In this document: in pieces, positions 24,701-37,957 of the stretch
Layout: every line of letters starts with the position of its first letter
Position numbering within the stretch: position 1 is the first letter of the stretch
Source: Phallusia mammillata
Taxonomy: Eukaryota
NCBI GenBank assembly: GCA_965637545.1
Contig: OZ281494.1
Span: 15,252,001 to 15,316,000 of the forward strand
Length of the DNA: 64,000 nt
Direction of reading: 5' to 3'
Notes under the pieces: model-generated
The model's input: only the letters and a program-made list of their open reading frames with translations
Told to the model about the DNA's origin: nothing
Databases searched by the model: none
Position numbers and translations under genes: made by a program

Positions 24701-27700
24701 TAACCTTTTCAATGTACACATAGCCAGGATGATTCAAAATCGATTAAAAATGTCCTAAAGCCATTTATCATAAATTGCGTTACACCTTTTTATCAAAGCA
24801 GAAAATAAAAAATATGGTACAATTCGGACTGCTAACGCTAACGTTAAAAAAAGTAGAATTTTCTATTCTACATCGGTGTCATGTTGCTTCCTATAAGCGC
24901 ATGACCTTTAGGAAAGGCTTGCTTCCCAATTGTTACCGTCACATAATTTAATATACAGCCACAGGGCGACGTAAAAGCGTAGCAATAAATATACCAATTT
25001 TAGACGGATCGAAGCAGAAATCTAAAACGACCGTTATCGAAGACAAAACGAACAGGCTGAGCGAAACAATAGATTGAATTGCGCAGCCCCATTCACAAAA
25101 CCGGTGTAGCCATAATAAAATATGAATGAACAGCAGACATAGCGTCAGACACATGACCGTAACAGCGGTTTGACGACATAGCGCTATGCCACGAATTTTT
25201 TATCCAGCCGAAAATATGGGAGATATTAAGTATGCATTTTGAAACGATAGCATTGGACAGAGAAATTGCTCAGTTGTATTATTAGAATATTTAATTTCTA
25301 AAACATATTGATCAACAACGAACATGTGACCAGTGTACGCTTTCGCAAAAAGATTTTATGGCTAAGTGAAATCCAGAACCTTGCAGATTTTTTTCACTGA
25401 ATTGGTGGGTATAGCCTTTCCTCTCTTACTAGGTTTCGCAGGCAAACTTCTGTTCGCAGCCCATTACAACAAAACCCTCCATTGTTCGCGCAAAGGCCAA
25501 CACTTGAGCAGTCGGTCTCCAGAAGAGCTTACTGGCTTCCTCTGGGTCGGTTGTGTTCCCCTTAAACTTACAAGCACCCTTGAAGGCTGCTTTGCTTCGT
25601 CAGTGGCACCGGAATTGCTTCTACGGTGGAAATTTGACACACACACAAAGTCTCCCTCGCAGGGTTATTCACTATGCTACGTCCACAGACTTAACCAGTA
25701 AGGAAGCCACGAGTGTTTACATCAACAGATATATAACAAGACAACTTGCCTGGTACTAGGTCTGGTACCAACCACAAAAGGCGCAAGCTTGGCCACTAGT
25801 AAAAAAGCGTTTTTTTTAATCCATAACTGTGCTTAACAGTTTAACCACTTGTTTACGGTAAAGCGAAACTTTAAACCCAAATTCACTGTTTACAAAAACT
25901 GGCAAAACCGTGCCAGTATTTTTCATAGACCAGCAAAAACATGTTTCCGGGTAAACGAAATTACGCATTTTTGCCGGTAAACACAGCGCAACCTACACTA
26001 GCACGTAACTGTCATGCCGCCCAAGACTTTTTTGTGAATGCGAAGGGTTTGTGCGAGTAACGGTCACGTGGCAGCGCCTATCGATCAAACATCGGCATGC
26101 TTCCGGTGGCTCTCAGTAAAACATGCATTATTCAGAGATGCTTTGCGCCCATTGTGGTGGCGCCGGTACCTAAACGTCATGGTCTCAAAACCTTAATTTA
26201 TATGTTATACAGTTAATGTTTAATGATGATGCTAAATTTTCTAATGTGTACAACTAGGCCAAATTGGATCAGCTTCCTATAAAAAAGTCAACAGGTTTGT
26301 GATGCTTACTCAGTTTTTAATGAAAACGTTTGATTAAAAACAAAGAGGTTACATTTTTTTGATTAAAAAAACCTTTCTGAAATGTAAGATGAGTTACCTA
26401 CAACTTGCATAAAAATCAGCCTGTTTAACATAATATTTCATGGTTGACAAAGTAATTTTGGATTTGATCCAAAAACCAAATAATTTGATTTAAAACACCA
26501 ACAAATGCAAACACAAACACATTTAGCGGCCACACTTAAAATACCAGACAGCAAAATAAACCAAACAACTACAGAAAGTGGTTTGTACTGACATATTTTG
26601 TATCTGCACAACATCATGCAAATTAAAAATTTACATGTCCACTTCCAACTACAGCCAGTGAATAGAGCGGATGTAGCTCTCTATATTTATACATGCTAAT
26701 GATCTAATGTTATTCTTGAATAGAAAGTTCAGTAAAATGTAAACAATAGCATTAATAATTCAAACACTGCATTAGCTTACATCGGTAAACAAAGTTGTAC
26801 TTCAATCTTTACAAATATATGTTTGGTGTGGAACTTTATTTATTTTTTTTAGTTTTTGACAAAAAACACATATTGTACCCAGCCCATTCAAACTGAGTGA
26901 ACATCCAACATTTACTAAACAAGGCACTGTTTTATAATATTCACAGAACAGAAAAAAACATGTCATGAAACATCCACAAAGCAAAAACAAATTGACAATT
27001 TAAGTGGCAAACAATCCAACGATGACAAAACAATGTTTTTTTACTTTGTATGTACTACACAAACAAACATGTACATAAAGTATTTGCATTGATTGCCTGG
27101 TATAATTAAAATTTGAAAATATAGGACCATAAAATCAATATGAGACTAACTTCACAATCTACCACTTTTGTGTTAACTTGTGACAAAAATAAACATAAAT
27201 TAAGGTTGTTGCAATTACAAACAATTATTTTTTTCTCAAAAAATCCTCCGCGAAAAAAAAATCATATGTTGCAATAAAACCAATCAAAATTTAAAAAAAA
27301 TTAAAAACGGGATGTTTAAACAAACGATATATATTTTTTTTCAATTTGCAACAAAACAAGGTTACAAATTGCACAAAAAAAGCAGCACTATACACCAAAA
27401 ACCTCTGACTGGTATTGTAGGCAATCAATACTTGACTTTAAGCCTCTGTGTTATAAACTGTTCAACCCACTACCAACATACACTCTTTGAAAACTGTATG
27501 AGAAGAATATTCTGCCAATCAATATTTACAACCATATATAATTATGTCAGAATTACCTATTAAGATATTGAATAACAAAACAGCAAAATTGACAGCAAAT
27601 GTGACGCCTTAAAACAGAAAAACATATTCACTATCAATCTGCCACACACACACACACCATGAAAGTTTGATCGTGGCTACTGGCCATACCGCAGTGCGAT

Positions 27701-27752
27701 TTTTCAATGGGCGAACTGTGTAGGTGTGGGAACGGCGCACACGCAACTCACA

Positions 27753-28050
27753 GTAACAAAGAGAAGCGACGGCGCTCTCTCGTGGAGAAGTGGGAAAGAA
27801 TAAAAGAAAAACTAGGATGAGACGCGCAATGACAAAGTAGCGCAGGGTCGTTTTCCAACCGGAGATGATACGAAGCGCTTCGGTGCGTTTCGAAGTGGTC
27901 TGTCGCCGCGGCTGACGACGAAACCAATTGTGTGAACAAAAAACTTAAAACTGATCTAGTTGTACCTGAGATTACAAAGCTAGGTTGTTCAAATATTCGT
28001 ACAGTTACTTGCAACGTAGCCCTTAATAGATACATCGCCAAGAAGTACCT
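27753..28050 (-). other. Probable non-coding first exon / TSS region of SPRED
   Basis: CpG-rich patch ending in a consensus donor CT|GTGAGT at 27752. A matching acceptor TTTTCTTTTCAG near 22022 opens the exon holding the SPRED ATG. It lies just downstream of the SelL poly(A) signal. The 5' boundary is approximate. Confidence 0.45.
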
Positions 28051-28486
28051 AGTTCAAACTGGCAATGGCGAAACAATCCGGTTTGGGCTCTTTCTCCCTC
28101 CCTAGCGGTTAAAGTTATCCAACTTTATTTTATTAACTGTAAACATGGCCCATGTTGTGCACTGCACAGTCTCGAAGTTTCTGGAGATTCATAGGGAAAT
28201 CTCCTTTGGTCAACCAACAGGTAAAATGCTATATTTTGTCTTGGAAAGACATATACACGTGGATTTGGCTGTTAAGAGACCTGAATGAAAGTAATTGACG
28301 TAATTGCAACTGACCTTCGCTGAACCAAAATTTTGTTGTTGAACTTGGTTGCTGGCAATCTGAACGGAATATTACGTGTCTTATTGGTATGCTACGAATA
28401 TTTTATTTTTATTACGCGTAAAACAGTTTGCTGTGGCTTTGTGATCGTAATTGGACAACGCAAAGAAAGTCAGCAGGAGCAAATTG

Positions 28487-28557
28487 TTCGTGAGGCCAGG
28501 TCATGCAGTTTCAATGCCCAGGACATGGCTTTGTTGAAATACAATCATAAACACGAA
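28487..28557 (-). promoter_or_regulatory. SECIS element (type 2) in the SelL 3' UTR
   Basis: RNA: UUCGUG-UUUAUGAU-UGUAUUUCAA-CAAA-GCC-AUGUCCUG-GGC-A-UUGAAACUGCA-UGAC-CUGGCCU-CACGAA. Helix I is UUCGUG/CACGAA. Core is AUGAU/UGAC with tandem G.A pairs. Helix II is 10 bp with one bulged C, followed by unpaired AAA and a GCC/GGC mini-helix. AATAAA signals follow at ~28402-28413. Confidence 0.85.
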
Positions 28558-28845
28558 AAACTCACTAGCTGCTATTCACTTGCGTTAAATTGATACAAAT
28601 TGAAATACAATTGAGGATTGATAAAGAAAATATAAGTACCTATATTTCGCAGTAAATTGCGATTTAAAAATGTAAAAATTACAGATTTGCAAACGTGGTA
28701 ATATCTCAGTTGAACGTTTTGTGGATTTTTGTTCTTAATATTGCACTCTTAAATCAGAAACAACATTAATTTTTGAAAAACAATAATAAGTAAAGAAATT
28801 TGCTGACGGATGTGAAGTAACGATACACAGGAAACTCTTCTTGCT

Positions 28846-30704
28846 CTACTGCTGTGCCATTTTTAATGCTTCCTGTATCTGAAGCATGCTGGGACGATCC
28901 GAGGCTGTGGGACTTCGATAAATTGCAGAATATACAATGCCTTTTGGAGTTTTTGAGACTATGAAGTCACCACCAATCTGGGTCAACAAGAAATTGGTAT
29001 GACCATTGTTATTGACCAAAGTAGTTGTATAAACAACAGTTGTGCAGGTCTAAAAACAGCTGACTTACTTGTTGAGGGTCATCTTTTATGTCAACAAACA
29101 TTTCTGGTATAGGTTCACCACGGGCCATTGCTGAGCCATAATATGATAAAGGTTCTGTGTGATATGCCTGTTAAAAATTCACATATGTTACTTGCTGTTA
29201 AAGCACATTGACAAGCTGGTGAACAAACCAAAGTGCCCCGCAATTTATTATGATTTTAACAACACCTCAAATCGAAATAACAACACCTCAAACTAACACT
29301 TATTAATATCAAACATTGCTTTGATGAAATAGAAATTTCATATTGGTTCTTTTTTTTAACAAACAGAAATAGTCAAAACACTAATTAATTATAATTATCA
29401 ATGAAGTACCTTTGCAACAGAGCGAGAGAGACCCAATGCTTTATACAGGTTGCGATCACTATCAATGAACAATGGAAAAGGATAATTCATTATTTTTAAC
29501 CACTGTTTTGCTCCTACAATAACACCAAATGTAACAAGAACCACAGAGCACTTAAGACTGGCCAAGTCTTTCTGCAATGCAACAATAAAAGATTTACAAA
29601 ACCACGTTTTTGTGCATTTTTGTACATTACCATTTCCAGTAATTATGAAACTCAACTTTTCAAAAAGATCGCTGAAGAAACAGCTATCTCATAAGGTAAG
29701 AATAAAACAGCGCTGAGTATAAATATATTTTTAAACAGTCTTTGTTCGGACAGGTTTAATTTAGGATCTACTGTTTTGAATTGTGTATTTTTTCTTCACT
29801 CTCATATTTTCATAAACGAGCATTTTTATTTTACTGTAGTATGTATGTGTAATGTATACATGCTGCATTGCACACTAATACAAAAAAATACATATATACA
29901 CCTACTCCAACTTACAAGGCAAGCCTGGAGTTCTTTTATGTGAGTTCGTCATGGAAGTCAAGCAAAATGCCTCAACAGAACAACCAAACAGTGGTCATTT
30001 CCAGTATTAAACAAAGTTTTGTCATTAAGTTTGCATGTTTGGTCAGACTCCGCATTAACAAGTTCATGATCACATGAAAACATGTCTCCTTCAGTTAGCA
30101 CTGGACCACTAGCAATTCCAAGGGCAACTTTTCGATCAATTTCAAGTAAAAACTCATTCCAAGAATCCTAAAAATAGTAGTACATCTTATAAACAAGAAA
30201 ATAAACTAAATTTGATGTTGTCTATAATTAAGGAAATATCATATAATTTGCTAAGCTATTTCATGCAATTAATTTAATTTAATTAAAGATTTTTTTTAAC
30301 AAATGAGTAACGAAGGAACAGAATCAACTGCTTATATATATATGTTTTTGTACTGTCAAAATATAGTCCTATTTTACCTCAAAGCTAATAAAATCTTCAA
30401 CAGCATTTTGCACATCAATGTCTTTGTACAATTCAATCCATTTGCTTTCAACTGCTTTTCTGTTGGGTAAGTTTGTATCAAGGCATAATTGTTTGTATGT
30501 AGTAAGAAGGCCCAGCAAAGTTCCCAATTTTTTGTCAACAAAGTAATTTGCTGATTGTGCATCTGAAAACGAAGATCTAAAGATTTTTGTAATAACACAT
30601 TAAACACCATCAAACATGATCATACCATCTAATGTTTTCTTTGCATTTTCAAGCACCTTCGTGCCGTTTTCCACAAAGTGGTTTAGTGCTTCAATTAGAT
30701 GCAT
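28846..30704 (-). CDS. SELENOL: Selenoprotein L (thioredoxin-like/AhpC fold, UxxU motif), ~302 aa
   Basis: Exons (-): 30704-30626, 30562-30378, 30167-29916, 29571-29410, 29167-29069, 28977-28846 (909 nt, phases consistent). Exon 3 reads LVVLLRHFA-TGA-LP-TGA-RTHIKELQ, with TGA at 29960-29958 and 29951-29949. Downstream VVLVTFG...FPLFIDSDRNLYKALGL...DDPQQIGGDFIV...DRPS fits the SelL/PRXL2-like family. A SECIS is present in the 3' UTR. Confidence 0.9.
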
Positions 30705-30880
30705 GTTACATTGTTAGGCCAAAATTTAGTTAAAGACAAATTTTAACAGTCTAAAAATGGATGCACACAGGTAATACAGAATATGGTCACCCAAAACACA
30801 AGTGTTTTTGTGTAAATGTCATTGCAAAATAATGCAAACAAGTAATGTAAAATATAAATATGGACACACCATTTAAATGT

Positions 30881-31303
30881 TTATTTGTGCTTCACATCTT
30901 CTTTTTTACTTTTTGTCCCAAACAGTTCATCCCAATCAACATCTTCTCCCGTTGAATTTTTCCCAGGAGGTATTTTGGGCATTAAACTTTGCATTTTTGC
31001 TGTAAATTCAGTCAAATTTCGAACACCCAATAATGCACACACAGTGACACAAAACAAGGAAAATCCACCCACTGAATAAACAGTAGCCCGCCCAAGAGCT
31101 CTCATTGCCAAACGACCCCCACTTTCCATGTTTTTTAGGTCAGGCACTTTGTCATTAACAATGTCACCAGGATCAGATCGCTTGGACTTTGCAAGCATCA
31201 TTGCAAAACCACTGAGAAATGCAATTCCTGTTGCACCGAAAATAAACCCTGCACTCTGGATAGGAGTTGGACTGCTAAGCTTGGGTTTGGTGTTCTCTTC
31301 CAT
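30881..31303 (-). CDS. TMEM242: Transmembrane protein 242 (DUF1358), intronless ORF, 140 aa
   Basis: Two hydrophobic segments and the family motif MESGGRLAMRALGRATVYSVGGFSLFCVTVCALLGVRNLTEFTAKMQSLMPKIP, recognised from memory of the family. Confidence 0.85.
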   Translation of the reverse strand: MEENTKPKLSSPTPIQSAGFIFGATGIAFLSGFAMMLAKSKRSDPGDIVNDKVPDLKNMESGGRLAMRALGRATVYSVGGFSLFCVTVCALLGVRNLTEFTAKMQSLMPKIPPGKNSTGEDVDWDELFGTKSKKEDVKHK

Positions 31304-32168
31304 TGTTTGTCTAGTAGTAGGTTTCCTTGAAGTTATTGGTACTTCCAGGTTAACAGCACATGACAGTGTAATATTAAAAACACCTGCCTGTCTTCAATTG
31401 CTTTTTGTAGTTTGGTTCCTTAAATCCTATGGACCTGTTAAAAAGCTTTTCATTTTAGGTGGCTTATGTACATGCACAGTCAGTAAGTTGAGGTGAGTAT
31501 CATTAACCTTTAACTCACCAAATTAAAAAAACAACTTTATTATGTACACAAATTGCTGTAAAAACTAACTTATCATTTACATTCCTCTGGAATCAGTTGG
31601 GGCTGGTTAAGGGCAGATAAACATAATTACAACCGGTAGATTGCTTATATTAGAGCCCGCAGAGCCGCAGGCATTCTGCAACTGATTAACAATATGGCTC
31701 TGACTGTTTAATCAAATATTTCGAAAAGTAGCAAATTACTTCACCTGCAGTGTTCAAGTCTACGAACTTGATCGAACGATTAATTTGGTACTATTGGTTA
31801 TGACTTGAAACGCACGAATCCAATGACCCAGTGTGCAAAACTCGGCATTTTTGTTGTTGGTTGTTGGAATATTATTGCAAAAACTGCTGCAACTTGGCTT
31901 ACCCTCTGCCGCCACCTGCCCGCCTTTTGCAAGCACCGACCGATTTTTCACATATTTAAACTAATCGAATTATTTCTTTTGCATCCAGTCCAACAATACA
32001 TTTCAAATTCAATCCCAACTATTCGTTCGGTTGCATTTCATAAAGTCGACCTCTATACTGACTTCATAGTGTTAATTGTAATTTTTTAACGCAATTCATT
32101 CAATTTGCCTTTTCCTTCGGTGTAGTAGCACCACGTGTTAATATGTTTACATTCTCAGAGACTTTAGG

Positions 32169-32205
32169 ACAGGGGTGCACAAACTTTTCGCTATTGACGG
32201 CCGCG
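32169..32205. mobile_element. Possible hAT MITE left-end remnant
   Basis: CAGGGGTGCACAAACTTTT resembles hAT left TIRs. No partner TIR or TSD found. Confidence 0.3.
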
Positions 32206-32444
32206 TCATAGCGGTATGTAAAGACTATGGTCAATAGGTTTTATGCTCCAATATCCCAGCTACTGGTGCCTAAAACTCTAACTTTGTCGCAGTTTTGTAA
32301 AATTTATAAAATGCACTGGTCAAACATACATTACGTAGAAATGATGTTTATTTCGCCAAGCTGCGAAACGACAAGCATTTAGAGCTGTTAAACACAACAG
32401 CATGTGTTCATGCAGCAAAGAGAACAAATTAACAATTAAGCAAT

Positions 32445-35400
32445 TCATGAATCGAGTTTTTCCAATAGAATTTTTGTAGAATGTACAGACGCATTTGCCT
32501 CCAATACGGAACGCTGCTCCAATAGAATCTTTTTACTGGTTGCTGACACATTTTCGTCGCGACTTTTAACAAGCCTTTAACAATAAAATAGCACATTAAT
32601 ATCATGGTTAAAATCTTTAAACACAATCCGTTTCAAGCTTACGATAAAAGAATTTGTGTCCCACGGTTGCAAGCGCTCCACGAGGCTAGTTTTTCGGCAG
32701 TAATGCTTTTCAGCAGTTGGTTGGAAAACTTTGATTCTGTAACACAATAAATTTGTAGTGGGCCCTAACGGTGTGTATAATACTAGCAATTAACGCATTC
32801 CTAACCTGAACTATCGTCACCCTCTCTTGCTTTGGATTCGGCGTTGATGAGCATTTTAATAAGCAAATGTCCACATTGATCTTCAATGATATGAAGCTGC
32901 GCAATAAAGGCGATGTTCACGATTACAATCAACAGTATAATATTTCTTATAATAACTGGTCCACAATACACGAGAATAATTGTGTCCGTACACACAAAAA
33001 AACTATTGATCAAACCCCCCTTAAAATCTCTAGTCTGTTGGATGTTTCAAAATAAACTTTTTGCTATTGATGCACGTAACTTTTTGGCCAAGATGTTTCG
33101 GCCAACCGAAACTTTTGTGAATAAAAACAAATGCTTTTGTCAGTTCAACACACTTGACGAGCAGCACTGACGTATTAAGTTGTCTTTTGTATGATGCACT
33201 TGTACCTTTCCGTTGGCTCCAAGTTGACCGGGAACAAACTCCATGTCTGCTATTGATAAAACACCTTCAATAAGTTCTGAAGTGTCACCATGGCAACGTA
33301 GAATGACTGTCTCCACGACAACAAACAACGATCGGTCAAACACCAATTCTTGCAATTTGGGCTTAAGATATTCGATAATGCCTGGAGAGGCTGCTTCAGA
33401 CAGTTCAAGGTATCTCTGCTCCATTGCTTTTTTGCTGAGTAAAGGTTAATTTATTGAGATAAAAACAGATGCTAAGTGTTTGATTAACATCAAAAAATCT
33501 GCATCAGAAAAGCAAAATAACAAAAAACAAATTAACCACAAGCAAGAAAGATATAAAAAAAAAACAGACCACATATACCTGGTTGGGTTATCATCACCCT
33601 TTGACAAACTTTTGACAGTTTCCGGTAAAAAGTGTGAAGAATTTCGTGGTGATATGAGATAGAGAACAACTTTTCTCCCATATTTGTTGTGGATCAAATC
33701 ATCCAATGCCTTCACTATTGGCTGATTTCAAGAATACAGGGTTAATTTAAGAATCAAAAGGAAAAACTTTGAAACAACTTGCGAGAATTGTTCTTTTGCC
33801 AAAATTTGAAATACACTTTTAACAAAAATCAGAATGTAATGTATTTTCAGTGTTTTAATTTTTTTTTTAATATTGCTATTAGTTTTAGATAACCTTTGCA
33901 GAATAAAAAAAACTCACTAGAATTAATGCCTTTTTCAGAAAAACGGTGTCATCCACACAATCAAATGCAGTTAACAATGGCAAATGTCCAAACTGCTCGC
34001 AGCTTAGCTTTACCACAAATTCTTTCATGGACTTGACAATGACCTGTCAAAAAATTGTGTAAATAAAGCAATTAATGAAATGCTGCAAAATAATTTTGTT
34101 TTTACACAGACCTTTCTGTCCTTTTTAGAACCGTGCCATAGGCAATTCATTGTCACATGAGCACCATCACGAGTATGCATCATATGAACCAAAGAGTCCC
34201 GAAGAAGTTCAATTAACTCCTACATAAAGAGCAAGACAACACTTGTAATGTTTTAATAAGTACTAGAACCAAACTATACTATTTGGCAGAGTGCCTTTTT
34301 AGTAATTTACTTGCATCATGCACATTATTGATAACATTAATCACCATGTTTAAAGCAGGGTGTTTTTGTTACCTAACATCTGTCAGAGAATATAAAACTT
34401 AAGTGTTTGTCAACCAATTGATTATAAAATGTTTTTCAGTATGAATATAGCACAATTATCAATTATGTTTTGTTACTTGTAGGCACAGGGTCCACATTTA
34501 TGTCACTAGTACTGTACTTATAATATTTACTAGTACTGTACTAAGATTATTCACTAATACTGGGTGAAAAGAGTTTGTTTCACATATACATGACACCCGA
34601 CAAGCTCTGGATAACAGTGTCATTGCCTTTTACACAAGCTTACGGTTTTTATATTCTGTATGTCACAATGTTCGAAGAAGTCATAGAAAGCCTTGTGGAC
34701 AATGGTATGGATCACAACACTTTTATCCACTAGAGGCACCAAAGCATCCTTAAAACTTCCCAAAATTGACTCCTTTTTATCTTCTTCCTGTTCCAGCACT
34801 TCTGATAATGTATCTGTATCTGATTTCTAACAGAAAATTAAGTGAAGTTTAAATGCATAGTTTTTGTAAATAGGATGTTTGAACTCACTCCATATACGTA
34901 ACAAACAGTAACTTGATAAAATATCCAGCCAAGTATGTTGGGCAAATGCAGGTGTTTTCAAAACATATAAACCCATTCAATACCCATGTTTAATATTTGA
35001 CTTACTCTGCACATTCGAAATACTTTTCCATAAAGTTGGGTAATCATTCCATTACGCTGTGGTGCTGTAGCATAGTTATTGTATGCATATTCAACAATTG
35101 CTGCTGATTTGGAATGGCGAATTAGCTTGTATGCCTTGTCATTAAAGCTCTTCATGACATGTCCTCTTTCTTCAGGAGTACTGTGATGAAACAAAAACAG
35201 TTTTAGTTTGATTTTAGATACGTAAAAGCCTGACTGGGCAACAATGCAATATTGATAGCTATGCGAGGATTTATATCTGTATAACATTTTTGCTTTTATC
35301 TGCACTACACAAAAGTTTGGAAAGTAAAGTGCATGACTTTGTAGAACAAAATATTATTGCAAAGCTATTAACTTGTGCAAATCACTGTGTTTACACAAAT

Positions 35401-36415
35401 AAACAAAGACAAATCGAGTTCTAAAAATGCGAAAGCTTTGTGTAAAAAAATTATAAAACATTTGGATAATGTTTTATTATCTTTATTGATACCATACATA
35501 CCCATATTTCAACATTTTCCACACAATATTTTTGGCATAGCCATCTTTGCACATGTGGACTATGTGTTCATTTAGTTCCTTAAAAATTTCCTCCCGTTGT
35601 TCTTTGTTGCCTTGTTTGAGGCAGGTTTGGAGAACCCTGCTTGTGTCATGAGCATATGCCAAATTTATAAGCTGAAAACATGCATTATTTAATGTTATCA
35701 CAATTTTAGCTATAAAAAAAGGTGTTTTACACTTGTTGGGCACTATATTCTGTTTCTGACATAACTGTTTAGTTGACCAACAAAAACAAACAAAATTACA
35801 TATTGCATCACCTTTTTATCATGTTCTGTAACCACAGACATAAGTTCTTGAACAAGGGCACCCTTCTCTTCAGCACTAAGTCGATTTTTTTGAATTCTTA
35901 GTTTCTCCCATATTTTTTTGGCTTTGACAGATAATTCAAATACTGGATTTTGCTTTTTTCTGAACAATAAATTGGAAAATAATAAAAAAACAGACTAAAA
36001 TATTTTGGCACATGTCTATGAGAAAAAACAAACATCCCAATCTAGCAGATCTAACCCTTACACTTTTTTGCCATTCATCATCGATTTAGGTCCACATTTA
36101 AAAAAATAATCCAGTTTACCTTAGAATTTTCCGTTCTTTCCTTGACTTTGCAGTTTCTTTTGGTAAAGGCTTTCCTTTTGTTATTTCTTTTCCTTTAGAC
36201 TTAACAATTGTTTTTCCTTTCCCTAAACTTGTAGCCTTTGTTGTTTTTAATTTTTTGGGTTTTGAATCATTTTTCAGCTTCTTATTCGGAACAGAGGTAT
36301 TTTCTAGCGTTTGAAATAGCTTTTGTGAGTGCTTTTTGTAGTTAAGCATTAAAACGCAATAAAATTGAAAAATCTTACCTTGTTCTGTGCTTCTTTTCGT
36401 TGATTTGTTCGTCAT
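32445..36415 (-). CDS. PUM3: Pumilio homolog 3 / Puf-A (KIAA0020/Puf6 family, CPL domain), ~605 aa
   Basis: 13 exons (-): 36415-36379, 36303-36120, 35959-35812, 35671-35502, 35180-35006, 34826-34644, 34219-34112, 34043-33918, 33721-33579, 33434-33206, 32896-32806, 32736-32643, 32574-32445 (1818 nt). Lys-rich N-terminus, then AKKIWEKLR, LAYAHDTSRVLQ, MMHTRDGAHVTMNCLWHGSKKDRK, NKYGRKVVLYLISPR. Confidence 0.92.
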
Positions 36416-36794
36416 TGCTAATTTGTAAGTCAGTTCTTGAGCTTTAAAAATCGATGCAATTGCAATGTATGTTGTATTGGTCTTCTTGACTAAACCCACG
36501 TGAATCAAAATTTTTGATCCGCAACAACTGGAGGCATTTGTTTATAATTTTTGCTTTCAATAGGCAATAAATTTAACAACAAAACACCCAAACTAAAAAT
36601 TTAGTACTGATTTACGTCTTGCAAAAATCCAGTTGTATATAGTTAACAATATGAATCTTTTGTAGAGGATTATTTGAATTGGTAAAATCCCAAACAAATA
36701 GGGAAATCCCCAGTAAGCTTACTCATGTGTAAGTTAAATTAAATGATAAAAAAGACTTGGTGCTTTGGGAAGAAAATATTTACAGTATATTAGT

Positions 36795-37957
<1,163 letters not shown>

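Noticed and set aside
28170-28215. Alternative SECIS candidate AUGAAUCUCCAGAAAC on the minus strand
   Set aside because: Lacks a correctly placed 3' GA and a full helix II, and lies beyond the AATAAA signals.
31128-31496. Plus-strand 122-aa ORF, and other antisense ORFs over real exons (e.g. 42863-43183, 37624-37983, 3565-4323)
   Set aside because: These are shadows on the opposite strand of TMEM242, Dicer, ALKBH6 and SPRED exons.
31591-31702. Inverted repeats AATCAGTTG/CAACTGATT and CAGAGCC/GGCTCTG upstream of TMEM242
   Set aside because: Short, mutually exclusive stems without C/D or H/ACA boxes or a pre-miRNA-like continuous duplex.
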